DNA of 64,000 nucleotides, taken from contig JBAYFY010000003.1 of the NCBI GenBank assembly GCA_041666945.1, forward strand, positions 7,392-71,391, in the 5' to 3' direction. The stretch is from Candidatus Buchananbacteria bacterium. Lineage in GTDB: Bacteria; Patescibacteriota; Patescibacteriia; 2-01-FULL-39-33. The notes beneath the pieces are model-generated. The model was not told the DNA's origin, ran no database searches, and saw only the letters and a program-made list of their open reading frames with translations. Below are positions 1 through 14,300 of this stretch, in pieces. Both the position numbers and the translations under genes were made by a program. Within the stretch, counting starts at the first letter, position 1, and every line of letters starts with the position of its first letter.

Positions 1-296
1 ACCGTATTCCCGCGCCTGTTCTTGAGCCCGGCTGGCACAGATTAATATTTCACCTAAATTATTTTTTTCTTCGATAAATTCCGCTTCCGCTTCCGCAAAA
101 CTTAAAACATCGGTGACTTGGTCGCGGCCGCGATACAAACGATTCCACTTTTTAATTGTTGACGGCTTGACTAAAACCAAAGAGAATTCAGCTGTTTTTA
201 TCCGGGACGCTTGAGAAAAATTTTGGATTATTTTTTTAATCAAACTGACATTAGGTCGGAATTTTGTTTCATTAGTCAAATCAAAATTTATCATAG
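1..296 (-). CDS. ybeY: Endoribonuclease YbeY (rRNA maturation factor), C-terminal part cut by the window edge. Start codon and N-terminal ~100 aa are present.
   Basis: Reverse translation from the ATG at 296-294 gives MINFDLTNETKFRPNVSL...RGRDQVTDVLSFAEAEAEF...LGEILICASRAQEQAREYG. The D-x-TDVLSF and ICxxxAxxQAxEYG motifs are typical of YbeY. The ORF runs off the window start. Confidence 0.55.
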
Positions 297-306
297 GTTA
301 GTTTGA

Positions 307-1326
307 CTAATTCGTGGTGGTGGCTGTAGAAGAAGCAATACCGGCGCTTGGCTCGCTCGCCAAGGGAGTCGTTATTAATTCAAAAAATTTAACGATAAAA
401 TTAAAAATATTAGGGTAACGGAATTCACTGCCCCGCCCCGACAAGTATTCAAAAACATACAACTTGGCCTTATCCGCTCCGGTCAAATACGCCGTTAAAC
501 CGTCAGGCGAAAAGATGCCTGATAAATCGCCATAATCAACTAAGCGCAAACTACTGACGCCGACTTGGGGGTGATTCTCTAAGTACCAAGCCATGGCCGT
601 CTGCCTGGCTTGATTATCCTTAACGGTAAGCTTAATAACTTCACCAGTATTAGCGGTAATTAAGGCCTGCTTGCCCTCTTTAATTTGAGCCACTTGCCAC
701 TCTTTGGGGTAATAAATCTGGAAATTATCACTATTGAAATCAGAATTAAACCTGGCGACAAACGGTGAATCGGCTATTTTGGCATTGCCGGGTTTCGCCG
801 GATCATAGCCGTTTAGCACTTCCACCCCGTCACGATAACCGTCGTTATCAGTATCAGAGTTGGCGGGCAAAGTGCCAAAGATGATTTCCTCGACATCAGT
901 CAAATTATCGCTATCGGTGTCTAAACTGATTGTTACAGCCAAAGCGGTTTCCGGCGTTGTTTCGGTGGAAGTGGCGACAGTGGAAGTAACCGGCGATTCA
1001 GTGGCAACGGAGGTTGTTTCCATTGCGGTGGTAGTCGGCGCCATCTCTTCCGGTACGGTTAAAGCGGTTTCCGCTACCTCTATCACAGGCGGCTTAATCT
1101 GGGTCTGAATCGGGATTCGGGATTTAGCATAATAATCATAGCCAAAATAGCCGGCGCTGACGGCGATTACTCCGAACAAAATTATTAAAGCGATGATTAA
1201 ACCCAGGCCCTTGGACTTGGTTGCCTCTGTTCTGAATTTTTCCGGCATCACATAAATTTCTCCTGTGGGGGCCGAGGGCGTCACCGGCCGGCTTGATGGT
1301 GGCATTGAATTTTGTTGATCGGGCAT
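307..1326 (-). CDS. Single-pass membrane protein with a Thr/Ser-rich linker and Asp-rich Ca-binding (thrombospondin type 3-like) repeats (DTDSDNLTD, DTDNDGYRDGVEVLNGYDPAKPGN).
   Basis: 339-aa ORF. One TM helix (LGLIIALIILFGVIAVSAGYF), then a T/S/E/P-rich low-complexity segment, then DxDxDG repeats. Paralogous to 1456..2319. Last gene of the giant-protein operon. Confidence 0.6.
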   Translation of the reverse strand: MPDQQNSMPPSSRPVTPSAPTGEIYVMPEKFRTEATKSKGLGLIIALIILFGVIAVSAGYFGYDYYAKSRIPIQTQIKPPVIEVAETALTVPEEMAPTTTAMETTSVATESPVTSTVATSTETTPETALAVTISLDTDSDNLTDVEEIIFGTLPANSDTDNDGYRDGVEVLNGYDPAKPGNAKIADSPFVARFNSDFNSDNFQIYYPKEWQVAQIKEGKQALITANTGEVIKLTVKDNQARQTAMAWYLENHPQVGVSSLRLVDYGDLSGIFSPDGLTAYLTGADKAKLYVFEYLSGRGSEFRYPNIFNFIVKFFELITTPLASEPSAGIASSTATTTN

Positions 1327-1455
1327 ATGATTAAAATCAATTACAAATTAAAATTACTGATTGCCAATCATTTGTTTCTAATCAGCTTAAAATTCACCCG
1401 GCGGCTCTGGCTTGTCAGCAAACGGAAATAATAATTTTTTTCTTAATTTATATTT

Positions 1456-2319
1456 TTACTGTTTCGGCACTTCAAACAATCGGGCATTCCCCGGTTTGAG
1501 CGGATCATAACCGTTAATAACCTCCTGGCCGTCTTTATAACCATCGCTGTCAGTATCCGGATTTAGGGGATCGGTTTGATAAATTTTTATCTCCGCCCAA
1601 TCCGTCAAACCGTCATCATCCGAATCAGCTTTAAGCGGATCCGTGCCTAAGGCCCGTTCTTCACTGTCAGTCAAACCGTCGCCATCGGAATCAGGAGCCG
1701 ACTCGGTTGCGGCCGGGATAACGGAAGTGGTGGTAGCAACAGGGGTTGCCGGCACGGTTGTGGTTGCAACAACTGTAACCGCTGTCTGATTTTGTTCTGT
1801 AACAACAGGAGTAACGACCGGAGCAATATTCTTCTTGGCGGCGGAAAAATACAAATACCCCCAATAAGCGGCGGCGCCGGCGCCGGCTAAAACCGCCAAA
1901 ATAACCAAGACGGAAATTAATCTGCCCCAGGGAAACGACCGACCGCCGAAAAGCTCTTCGTTGGAAGGAATATAGGCGGCAGTTTGGGGATTTGATTCCG
2001 AAAGCGGTTGATAAGCGGCCGATTGCGGTTGACTAACGGGTTGAGCCGGAATAAAGGGAGAGACCGGCGAGCCGAAGGCCTGACGGGCAAAAGCCGCTCC
2101 GCCCTGGCGGGATACCTGATCAGTACTGGAAAAAATATCATCAATCGGCAGATTGGCCGGAGCGGCTGGCGCAGCCGCCGGAACAGATTGGGCCGGCTGC
2201 TGATTTAACGGCTGCGGTTGATTAAAGGGATTGGGACCAAATTGCGGCGCGCGCGGCGACGCTGAACCGGGAACACCTGTCCCCGCTTGATTGGCTTGGT
2301 TGGTTGTGTTATCAAACAT
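1456..2319 (-). CDS. Paralogous single-pass membrane protein with TSP3-like Ca-binding repeats (DSDGDGLTD, DSDDDGLTD, DTDSDGYKDGQEVINGYDPLKPGN). Start moved to the internal Met (MFDNTT...) because the longer ORF overlaps the giant gene by 65 nt.
   Basis: ORF 1456..2394. Pro/Gln-rich N-region, TM helix (LISVLVILAVLAGAGAAAYW), Thr/Val-rich linker, three DxDxDG repeats. C-terminal motif shared with 307..1326. Confidence 0.55.
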   Translation of the reverse strand: MFDNTTNQANQAGTGVPGSASPRAPQFGPNPFNQPQPLNQQPAQSVPAAAPAAPANLPIDDIFSSTDQVSRQGGAAFARQAFGSPVSPFIPAQPVSQPQSAAYQPLSESNPQTAAYIPSNEELFGGRSFPWGRLISVLVILAVLAGAGAAAYWGYLYFSAAKKNIAPVVTPVVTEQNQTAVTVVATTTVPATPVATTTSVIPAATESAPDSDGDGLTDSEERALGTDPLKADSDDDGLTDWAEIKIYQTDPLNPDTDSDGYKDGQEVINGYDPLKPGNARLFEVPKQ

Positions 2320-2329
2320 AAAAAAATTA

Positions 2330-5300
2330 TTATTCAATATTACCCCAGCGGTTCCTGAATTCAAAACAATAATTAGCGGAACCGGCGTTCGCACTGCAGG
2401 TATTGAGACAATTGATCAGCGGTTTAGACGCAAAACTGCTGTAAGAAGATAAAGTGGCGCCAGTATACTCCTTAGAATCTTCTTCGGAAGCAGCTGCTCC
2501 AACAATTAAATTGCCGCTGCCATCCAAAGTCAACCATTTGTCTTCTATCTTATAATTTTGGCCGTCTAAGTAAGCGCGCAAAAATCTGATCTTTATCGGC
2601 TGATGATATTTCAAACTGCTAATATAAGCTCCATTGGCAGAGGCCTGCCCGGAAATCAATCGGCAATCCTTATCATAAAGCAAAAATTGATTGCTACCTA
2701 TGATTTCACCATTGTTAGTGCAGACAAAACCGGAAGAATTGCTCATAGTAAAGGCGTTGGCATTGCTATTATCGCGCGTCACAGGACTATAAATGGTATC
2801 ACCCTTCCGATAATGCGTTCCCGGGCATCCCCACCAACAATTATAATCTTTGTCCGCATCCCAATTAGCCATAAAACAAGCTAAGCCCGAGGGTTTAAGG
2901 AATAACAAAAACAAGGAGTCCGTGCTATTGCTATATTTTGTTTTAGCGCTTATTCGGTATGGCCCCTCTTCGGTAACCGAGCCCAAGAGTTCGTTGTCAA
3001 ACGATAAGGAATTGCCCGAAACACATTCGCCTTGATACGGCAACAAATGCACCTCCCAACTGTTTTGCGTGGCTTGAGGCGGAATATTACTCTTCCAAAT
3101 TATATAATCGTCGGCATCGCCGGTATAGGCCGGCAAATTCCAATCCAAAGAAGCATTGGGATCGGCCAAATTACCGGTCGGCGCATCGGAACAAAAAGTC
3201 AAATCGGAAATTTTGGGATAAGTGTTACTGCCGTCCGCTTCAGGATCGGCCGACTCATCATTAATCTTGTTTGTTTCCCATTGGCTATCCCAAACGCCGT
3301 TGCCGCAATAAGGTCCGTATTTTATTTCTGTTCTGCAGGAAGAGAAATCCGAACAAGAGTTGCCGGCTGCGGCGCAAGACCAAATATCGGGATTCGGGGA
3401 ACAGGCAACGCCTTTAACTTGGGTTTGCCGGCAAGGATCATTATTAACCGACCAAATAAATCCGGTGTGGCTGCTATAAAAATCCCAATTGGCTTGGCCG
3501 ACGGCCGTAGGAACCTCGCTTAAATTGCACCATTCCTGGCAAGTGGTGCAAGTGCCATTGCCCAAAGACACGGGATTTTCTGTGTCTTGGCATTTTTGAC
3601 CCAAAGGTATGGCTTGGCAAATGCCGGTTTTTAAAATATAGCCGGTTCGGCAAACGCAATTAAGCAAAATTGGATCAGTGCTGGTATTAACAAAATTATT
3701 AGCCGTATCGCATTGGCAATTGCCGGCTTCGTTACAAACTTGGCCGATTCTTGGTTCGCAACCTCTACCTGAAACCCACTGATAGCCGACAGCGCACTCA
3801 CCGGCATTTTGTGAAATATCGCCATTGCATTTAGTGGTTACCCCCGGCTGGTTATCATCCGGCTTACCACCAATAATCCACTGGCAAGATCCATCGCAAC
3901 ACTGGCCGGAGTCGCACTGTTCGCCGCCATTGACTACGCCATCGCCGCAATAAGCGAATTTGGCGGTAATTATTGATTGACAATCAGCGGAACAGGATTG
4001 ATAGCTGTCGCCTTTTCTTAAATTGGAGTAAAGTTGATTATTGCTTCCATTATTAGCCAGGCATTCAAAAAGATTCAACGGCGGTTTGGGCAGGGGCGTA
4101 TAACCGGTATTGCCGCAATCGCAAGCTTCGCCCGGCTCTTTAATGCCATTGCCGCAATTTATTACCGGCGTGGCGCTGGGACAATTATAACCGGCTTTGC
4201 ATTGGCAAAATCCGCTACAGCCGGGATCGGTCGGATAGCGGCAACAGCAACCTGCTCCAGCCGTCGCCTCGCAAAACGCCTTACCCGTAGCCGGATCAAA
4301 TTCGCAGGTTTCATCGCCCCTAATCAAACCATCGCCGCAAACCGGAAAAGGCGTTAAGCCGGAACAATTATAACCGCTATCGCAACGACAATTGGTGCAA
4401 CCGATGCCGCTATCGCACTCTTCACTCACATCTTTTATGCCATTGCCGCAATTGGTTATGGCGTAACAACCCCAAAGCCCGCCTTGATTCTGGCAGGATT
4501 GGGAAATCGGACAAGCGTTATCCAGATAACAATTGGAACAATTCTCTCCCGCATCCATTTGGCCATTGCCGCAAGTCGGGGGCAACGCCGCGCACATACT
4601 GGAAACAAAATAAGATTCAAAAGGATTTTGTCTTAATCCGGCGGCATTATTGTAATACATTAATCCCGGCACTAAACGCCACGACGGCTGCCAGGCGTTG
4701 GAGTTACTGCCGAATTCTTGTTTCACCGACAAAGTGACCGAATTACCGGAATTAGCCGCGATATAAGAATAGACCGCGGAATCAGCCGAGGGGCAGGTCA
4801 TGGTTTTGGTATCTTCATTCCAACAAGTTACCGAGGAAGCGGGACTGGCGCAACCGACGAATTTGTTAATCGGATCAACCGGCAAATTGCCGCCGCCCAA
4901 CACTGCGGCCAAGGTCTGTTGCCAAGACGGCCAGGCGCTGTATGATTTGTTGGCGATATAAGTGCCTGATTTTAAATCAGGATAATAATTGCCGCAAACG
5001 CCGCTGCCGGAACAATTCGCCGTGGTCTTGCAGATTTTAGCCAAATCGTTGCTGCAACGGGTTTGGTCATAATAATTTTTCAGCCGAACATTAATCTCCT
5101 GCACGTCGGCCAGACGTTTGGTATCGCGGATCAGTTTGGCTTTCTGCGACAGACAATAACTCTGGCCGCGTTTTAAACAATCAATATCAGTCAAACAATA
5201 ATCTTGCCCCGACGGGTTATTATCGCAACCTTTCAAATTCTCGCCTGAATCATTATAATACAACCCGCCAGAATGTTCTCCCGGATTCAAGTTATCACCG

Positions 5301-8300
5301 ACATTAAATTCCCAATTGTTCACCAATTGATTAAAAATATTAATCGTGGACTCATTGGCATCCAAATTATATGACATTAAATAAACACTGCTATAGATTT
5401 GCGTCGCATCATTGGTCAAATCTGCCGCCGCCACATAAACCGTTCGTCCGTCAGATACGGCCTGATAGCCGTCAACCAATAAAGATTTGGGATTGTTATT
5501 TTTACCGCCGAAGCGATTGGCATACCAACGAGCCGGCGAATAATGACTGTTGTTGTCATACACCCTAATGCCGACGGCATCCAATAAATCAGCGGACTCT
5601 TGCTTGACTAAGCGAATATTATACAGACGGAAATTGGAATCGACTGCGGCTCCGGCCGGGGTATCGTTAGTCCAACGAACCAACGCGCTGTGAGAGCCGC
5701 GATCCAATTCATAGGCAGCGCCGGCAGCGGTGCCGAAACGGGTTGTTTGCTGGTCATCCGGAGCGCTGGCTTCAATGCTTTCAGTGGAAGTCGGATTATT
5801 ATCGACTTTCAAATCAACTTTTTGCACTAAGCCGGGCAAGGCCTTAAAACCGTCGGAAGTTTGTAAAAAAACATAATACTTGCCTTTTGATTTAACGTCA
5901 AAATTGAATTTCAAACCGCTGTAATTCGCGTTCATTTGCACCGTACTGCCATCGGCCCAAATCTGGGGCTGGCAATTAGTGTCAGCGCCGCAGACGCGGT
6001 CAACATCGCTAAAATCGGCATCTTTAGCGGACAAATAAATTTGAGCTTCAGCGGCGGCGGAAGCAGTGGTACTGCGGGTAAATAAGAACTCTTTGACTTT
6101 GGCATCGCAATCTTTTTCTTGCAAAGTGAACCGCTGCCAAGAATTGCTAATTTTATAATAATAAAATTTGCCATCGGAAATAATCTCGGCTGGCATGCCT
6201 GTGCCGGCGTAAGAATTGTCATAATAAGCGATAACGGGTTTGAAGCCGGAGATTAATCCTGATTTAGCGGAATCATCCTTGCTGAAAATAAAGTTTATAG
6301 CGGTAACATCCGCCCGATAATGATCGCCGCGGGCGCTCCAAACATGTAAAACATTACCGACATTGTAAGCGGTCGCTAATTTAAAGTCAGCTGGCAAGCC
6401 ACGCGTTTCTTCTTTCTTCACTTCCGACCACCGCGGCAAATCATTGGCATTATTGCAAGAATTCGGCTGTTGCCAATAGGCGTAATTGCCGTCAGTATCC
6501 ATTATTTCCAAATAAGTTTTTTCGCTGCCGCCAATCGTTAAAGTATAGGTATAAGCGGCAAGCGGATGGAAATTGGCCGGCAAATTGGTTTTAGGCCCGA
6601 CATACTTGCTGCCCGTCACCCATTGGCCGTTTTTCAAAGTCAAATATTTTCCGGCGGCGTCCCAGAACTGCACCGCCTCGGCGGGACAATTGCTGTTGTC
6701 ATCATTAAAATAATAACCCAAAACCGGTTTGAAATTAGCGGGCAAACCGGCTGCTTGCCAGGGCGCTTTATCAACTTTGTGCCAGCTTTCTCCGCCAACA
6801 ATGCTTTCCCTGGCATAAACCTCTCCTTTACTGTTCCATAGATAAAGTTTGCCGTCTCCGTTATTGTAATAACCGAATTTAGGCACGAAAGTGTTGGGCA
6901 AATTAACGCAGGATTCATCTCCGCCGCCTATTACCACAGCCGTACTCGGCTTAATGACATTGGTGACGCTATCATAAGTAAAATCGCCGATTGACGGTAA
7001 ATCATCATCTTGATAGAGGCGACAACTGCCCTCCACATATTGCCCGTTGGCGAAACAATCGTTTTGCGATTGGCAGGCCTGGCCGGTGTTATCTCCCATC
7101 ACGCAAACATTAGCAGCGCCGCTGTCTCGGCAATACCAAGTCCAGAAATTAGTATTAATGCAACTGCTGCTGTCGCCGTCTTTGCAGTTGGCATTAGTAT
7201 CCTCAAAAGGAAAATATCGCGCCGCCGGCCAGGGATTATCGCACTCAACATTCATAATAGACATCGTGCCCCGGCCTTCGCCGACATTAACGCCGTTATT
7301 TGCCGCATTATTGTCAGCAGCGCTAATGGACAAAATACTCTTACCGGTTTTTTTGCCTGGCGTCATCCAGATATCAAAACTGTTATTATTGGTGTAATCA
7401 ACAGTGGAAGAAACCATGTCGGTATTTAAATTGGACAAAACCCAACTAAAGGAAGCGCGCAAAGGATAGCCGTGGCCATCCCGAGCCCAGGAACGATAAA
7501 GATGCTGATTGCCTGATTTATAACTGACGCCCTCTGCCACTATCGGAGCGCCTGTAGCATCCAAACTATAGCCGCTTTGGCTGGGATTATTTGTCCAAAT
7601 TGCCGACATGTCGTCGTCATAAGGATCAGCCGAGTAACGGCCGCAATCATCGGGCTTGCCTTGAGCCGGATCGGAATTGCAGAAAAAAGAATCCACCGTT
7701 TTTTGATCGCCTTTGGGCCAAACGTTTGTCGTAACTTTTTTTATCTGGCAAGCGGTGGCAAAAGTCAAAACCGTGGCCGCGGTTGTAGCCCTGACTTTGG
7801 ACTTAATATAACTGATCGCGGCGCGATATTCGGTATTGGCTTCCCAATTATTATTTTTATTGATGTAATTCAATTCATAACTGTCATTATCAACGGAATA
7901 ACCGATGATTTCTAAATTATTAGTTACCCCCTCCCTGGTGGTGAAACTGGCGCTATCTTGGAAATTACCCCAGCGCATTTGTTGCAAGGCGCTGGAATCA
8001 AACGTCTTTTCTGACAATTTGCACCAATAATCGGCGGCCATAACCGAACGTAAGCCGAACATGCGTTTGACGAATGACACTAATTGCTTAATGGTCCGTT
8101 GCCAAAAACCCAAATTATTGGCGGCGATGCAATCACCGCTCGGCGCCGTTGTGCCATTATAACCTTTATATAAAGTAATAGTGAATTCGCTCACATCTTT
8201 AGCCGGATGGAATTGCCAAATGCCATTGGGACACGGATTCAAGCCGACGCCAAACGGTTCGCAATATTGAGCGTTTTGATCCAATTGGAACGTCCAAGAA

Positions 8301-11300
8301 TAACTGTCCAAAATACCGCTGTCTAATTTATTATTCCGGCAAGTGCCGCTCTTCTCGGCCGAGTTAAGCAAGCAAGTGGCGCCGCAACGTTTGTCAGCTC
8401 CGTTTTTTCCTGAACCGTCGTCACACTCTTCTCCGGTTTCTATTCGATTGTTGCCGCAAACCGGCGCGCTCGGCGCGGAACCGGTATGCAGACAATCGGC
8501 AGTGCAGCCGACGGAATTTTTAAAGCAAACTTTAGAAACCGCAACGGAGCGCGCGCTGACCTGAATGGTAGTGGTGCTGATATTGTTATTATCGCAATTT
8601 AAGGCCGCATACTTGCCGCTGCCGGACGCATAACCGGCTTCATACAAACACTTAGAACTGCAACCGTCGGCGGAATTGGCATTGCCGTCATCGCACTGCT
8701 CGCCGTATTCTATCCGGGCGTTGCCGCAACGGGAATTCCAACGCGCGTTAGCGCCTTCCCATAAACAAACCGCGGAACAACCGTCATTATTTTTGATATT
8801 GCCGTCATCGCAATCTTCTCCCGGTTCAACCAGCTTATTGCCGCAAGAAGCCGAATTGGAATTGCCTTTGGCGCGGCAGGACTCGTCGCAATAATCTCCG
8901 GCCGAAAAAAGCTTGCCAACCTCATCGGCCGATAAGGCGCGATTATAAACTTTTAGTTCATCAATCAAACCGTCCCATTGCCCCTGATCCAGATAATCGG
9001 CGCGATGCCCGATTCTAAGAGGCGTGGCTAAATCGTAAGCGACAGAGGAAATAGCGGTTTTTACGCTCCCCGCTTCTTGGCCGTTGATATACAACTTAAT
9101 GCTGTTACCCGGGATAAAAACGCCCGTAACCAATGTCCATTTGCCGCCGTAATTGCTGAAAAAGTCGGGATAAGTAACGACGGCGCGCTGGCCGCTGTTG
9201 TCAAAAATCTGGAAGAAAATTTCATCCGGCGCCGGGCACCCCCAACGTAAGGCGCAGCCCCAATCATCGCCTAAAGTCCAACCTCTAAGTTGTGAAGCGT
9301 CATCGCTGTATTTATAAGTTGAGGCGATAATACCCAAACCGCGATCATCTTTGGCATCGGCCAGACCTAAAACACCATTATCCAATCTCACCCAAGCCGA
9401 GATGGTTAAAGGATTACTATTCTTCAGTTGGCTGACCAAACCAGCCGAATTAGTTGTTTCCAAAGCGGTTTGGCCGGTGGAACCGACAAATTTCGGCGCT
9501 TGGCCGAAAGGACTGCCGACAAAAGAAATATTGGTGTTGCCGGCTGAACGTAAAGCATAATTATGGCCGGAGCTGTCAATTAAATTATTTCCGGCGGCAA
9601 ATTTATAATAAGCCACTAAAGCGGCGTCTTGGGCCGCACATTCGGCTAAAGAAGTATCGCATAGGTCTTCGCCTTCTTTTATTAAACAGGTGCTGCTATC
9701 GCAAAAACCATCATAAGGATCGCCGGGACGGAAAGGATAAACCGTGGGGTCGCATTGCTCGCTGCCTTTGCTTTGGCTGGTGGCGTAGTTTAAGCCGCCC
9801 AATTGGGAATTAGCAAAAGATATCGGCCCAGACGATCCGCCCTTAACCACAACCCGGTAAGGCGTAGCCGTAGCTAAAAGACCGACTGGTTTTACCGCCA
9901 CTTCATTAGTGAATTGCTGTTCAGCCAAAGTCGGATAAACCAAATTAAGAGGTTGATTGGCGCCGCTTATAACGCAAGCCGCATCGCCGACGGCGCATTG
10001 ATACAAAAGTATATTGTCATTTTCCTTCAAACTGGCGCTGATGGCATCGGTCGTGAATTTGAATCTGACTTCAGTATTTAAGCAGGCATCATTAGTCGGA
10101 TTTATTACTTTGAAACCGCCATAACCTATTTGCAACTCGCCTCGGCCCCATTTATCAGCGGAACAAGTCGCTCCGCCTTGGGCTGAACCGACGGCTCGGG
10201 CTTTAATATTGGTAAAACCCTCACTATTGCCGAACACTTTAACGACAGGGGCGGAGCCAGTATAAACAACAGGGCAAACACCGGCGCTGGAAACAGAACA
10301 AATTTGCGCTACGCCATTGCCGGTAGCGGCATTGCAAGCGGTATTTTCATCACTTAAATTAAGGAGAGAACTCCACTGCCAAATATACAAATAAGGATTC
10401 AAATGCTGGCATTTATGTTGCGGATCGGCAATGTAAATCTGGCTTTCATCAGTATATTTCATGAGTTTCTTTTGCGGTAAAACGCCGACAAAATCAATCG
10501 GGCAATCAACTGCTCCGGTCTTAAAATACCAAAAATAATCATTTTGCCCGTCGCTAAAATAATTATCGCCCAAAGACGGGGTCTGCAAGACGCCTTCTCT
10601 CACTTCATCTATGCCTTGTTTACTCTTGGCTCCCCTCACTCCGTTATCACCCCCCAAGATTATGACGCGATAAAAGGTATTGGGATCAAGCCGAACCGGA
10701 CCGCTATTATTAAACGGGCTCAAACGAATGCCTTCGGCCGCCAGAGAATCATATTGCTCCGCCGGCGCGCTGACAATTTCCTGCCAAGACAAATCGCTAT
10801 GGCTGTAATTAAAAATATCCAGTTGCCATTTGCTTAAATCTATATCCGCGCAAGCGTTTAAAGAAGTGGATAAAACATCGTTAGCGGCGTTTGTCCCGGC
10901 GCATTTTTGCACTTTAATTCGGGTTCTATCCAAAGTTGCGTTTGTCATGTTACGGCTGAACAACGCCAAAAGCGAGGCGTTAATGCAGGCCTCGGTGGTT
11001 GTACCCCTAAATGGCGACGGGCTTTGCAACTTTCCGGCCAAACCATTGTCGCCGACGACACAAACGGGATTTTCCACCACAATCGGATCGGTAAAATTAT
11101 TATGGCCCGGGCAGGTCCCGCTGTTGCCGGTAGTCAACTCTATGCTGGCGATGCGGAAATAACCCTGATCGGAGGAAGTAAACAAAGCGTCCTGGTAAGT
11201 CCGCCAATCGCTTTCTTTTTGCGCCGTAGAAGTGGCTTTAGACCTAATAAAGTCGCTAATGATTGAATAATTATTCGTGCCTTTGGCCCAGATGCCGTTT

Positions 11301-14300
11301 GTCTGCTCTTCCTCCTGCCAACTCCAATTAAAGGTATCGGCGTTAAGCATAATGCAAACATTATCTTCGCTCAAAACATCGGATTTATGCGGCCGTTCCT
11401 GGCCATAATAACGGTTGACGAATTTCTGCGGCGAACAATGCACGCAACCGACGCGGCAATATTTATCATTGTCTCCTTGGCTGCGAGTATGAAAATTCCA
11501 ACAGAAAGCGGCATGGGGGAACTTTGTCAAATCATCGCAACCTCCGGATTGCAACGCTTGCTGGTCCACATAAAGCGGAAACCCTTCATAACTGACAACT
11601 CCGCTGGTGAGCACTACTTTGTAATCAGTATCGGCCTCTAAGGTCTGCGGCATGAATTCAAAATAATCAAATAAATCGGGACTGCCAAGATCGCGGCTGG
11701 CATAAGAACTGAAAGAACCGTTGGGTATGACCGGCTGCCATTCTCCGCTAACGTCTTTTTTGTAGATTTTCAAATTTTTCCAACCTGGCATGGTTAAATC
11801 AGTTTCAACTTCGTTCAATGACTTTACGTCCATCGGCCTATTAAATCTGGCGGAAATAGCGGCGTTCAAGCAGGCCTCGGAGTTAGTTACTCCGGCGGTA
11901 GCCATTGTCCATCTATCTGAGGGAGTCGGCGAGGGAAGGTTGTCCCCGTCTTTGCAAGCTGAACCGCGCGAACAATCCACGACAACGTAAAACTTTTTCG
12001 GTCCCAACTCATGAGTGGCCAAAAAAGTCCAAGAATACAGCGACAACGAGGCCTGTTGTCCTGTCGGATAACAAACTTGATTGGGCAACGGTTCGCAACC
12101 GCCCCAGTGGCCGTTGGCCTGACAGACGCGTTGCTGTTTGCAATTACCCAAATCAGGGCAACTCTTTAAATCAGTTTGATTGGGAGTGCACAACTGGGCT
12201 GCAGGTACGCAAGTGCAGGCCTCATGCGCCAACGAGATTTCATTAATTACCAAATGATCGGTGGAGGACGACTGACCGATTTTATTGGTTTGACCCGGGG
12301 AGGAATTGGGGAAATAGACAAAATCTTTAACTGAACCCGTATACAAGCCGTCAACCTTTCTTCCCCAAGAGCCGGGCGAAAAAGCAACGGTGGAAGAATT
12401 ATAAATTATAATATCGGCAATCTCATCACCCAGGCCTTTGATAAAAGCTATAGTGCCTTGATCTTTTCTAAGTTGGAAATTATTACCGGGATTAAGGGTG
12501 GATGTGCTGATGATGAAATAATTGCCGGCTTCCAGGATAACGCCTCGCGGTATAAAATAAGTGGCCGCGCTGCTATCGCTCAACAAATCAGCGATGCTTT
12601 CTTGCCGGCCGGAATAAACGATACGCCAATCATCCAAGCTAACGGGGGAAACGGTGGGATTATATATTTCCACCCACTCTTCATTAGAACCAGCAGTATC
12701 GCAACCCAAATCATTGCCGCAATTTTTAGGATCGCAAGTGCCATCCTGCCATAAATCGGACAAACAACGACGGCCGGCCTGCGGCGAAAGCGAGGCCAAG
12801 AACGACCAAGAATACAAACCTAATGAAGCTGGATTAGTCCCCAAATAGGGCACGCAAGCAGAATCATTTTTAACACAAACTCCCCAAGTATTGTCCGCCC
12901 GGCAGGTTTTCTGGCCGAGACAGCCGCCTAAATCGCAACCCATGACGGCGTTTTGCGCCGGATCGGAATTGTAAACGCATTCCTGGCCGGCAGCTTTTTG
13001 GCAAGTGCAGTTCTTGGCCATATCGCAATCAACGCGATAAAACCATTTACCGATATCCTCCGACTTATTGCTGCAGCCCTGGCAAGTCAAATTGCTCCGG
13101 CAATCGGCGCTGGAAGCAAAACACACGGCCGGATCACCGCCGATATTGTCACCGCAGGAATCGCCTTCGGAACCATTGCCGATATTGAATAAAACGGAAT
13201 TGCTATAACCGCCATTGTAAACTCTGACCACTGAATCGCCACGCCTGCCCTCCGGCACAACATCTTTAACTGTCGTGTCGGTCCAAGAGACGGCGGCGGT
13301 GGAAGTTACGCCGACTAAGCGCCAATAATTCACACTGGAGTCGCGAACATACCAAATTACTTTGCCCGTACCGTCGGCGGCAAAGCCGCGACCTGTCAAA
13401 TCAACGGCTGTCGGATAAACGCCGCTGGTCGGATCAATTGAGCATAAACCGGGCAATTTGATATTATTAGCTAAAAAATCCCAAGTATTGCTCACTAAAG
13501 GCGATTGCGGCTTAGTTTTATTGATGACCTCAATTTTGTAATTGGCCGGCAAATCATTAACTGAATCCAAACCAGTCGGCACTTCAATGACAATCTTGTT
13601 ATCCTGCCAGACCGAGGCGCAGTCGGCTAATTTGGCTAAGGTGATTGCTCCGCTGTTTTTGGCGACAAACCTGACCTCGCCGGCCACTCGGCCAAAACCG
13701 CGACCATAAACAGTCAGATAATTACCGGCGGCGCCATAACCGATATCATCGTCCAAAGTATTAATATCACGCAAACTGCTGTCATTATTAGGATCAAAAG
13801 ACGGGTCAACCCAGGTAATCACCGGATTTCCGACGCAATAACAATTCGCGCCGCAATAATTGATGCAATTGGAATCGTCGCACACCGGGCTGTCGGGACG
13901 GGTGCAGGGAAAATCCGAACAGTTCTGGGCGCAACCGCCGCCGCAATCAATACCTTGTTCATCCACGTCCTTAACGCCGTTAAAACAATGACTGGGAGAA
14001 AATTTAGCTTGGATTTTATTGGAGGGATAGGATTTATTATTGGCAAAAGATCGCAAAGTGGTGGAAGACAAACTGTCGTATTCGGCCAAAGAGGTATCCC
14101 AGGAAAGAGTGGCGGCCGCGGCATTATATTGCTGATTATTGATGGTGATGATTTGTGAAACGACATTGGCCGAACCGATTTGTTTTTCCGTATTATCTTT
14201 AAGATCAAATAATGAGAGTTCGCTGACGGCATCATCCGCATTGTAAGAATAAACCTTGACTTGCAAAGTCGGGCTCTTGGGCACTTGCACGCTGCCGTAA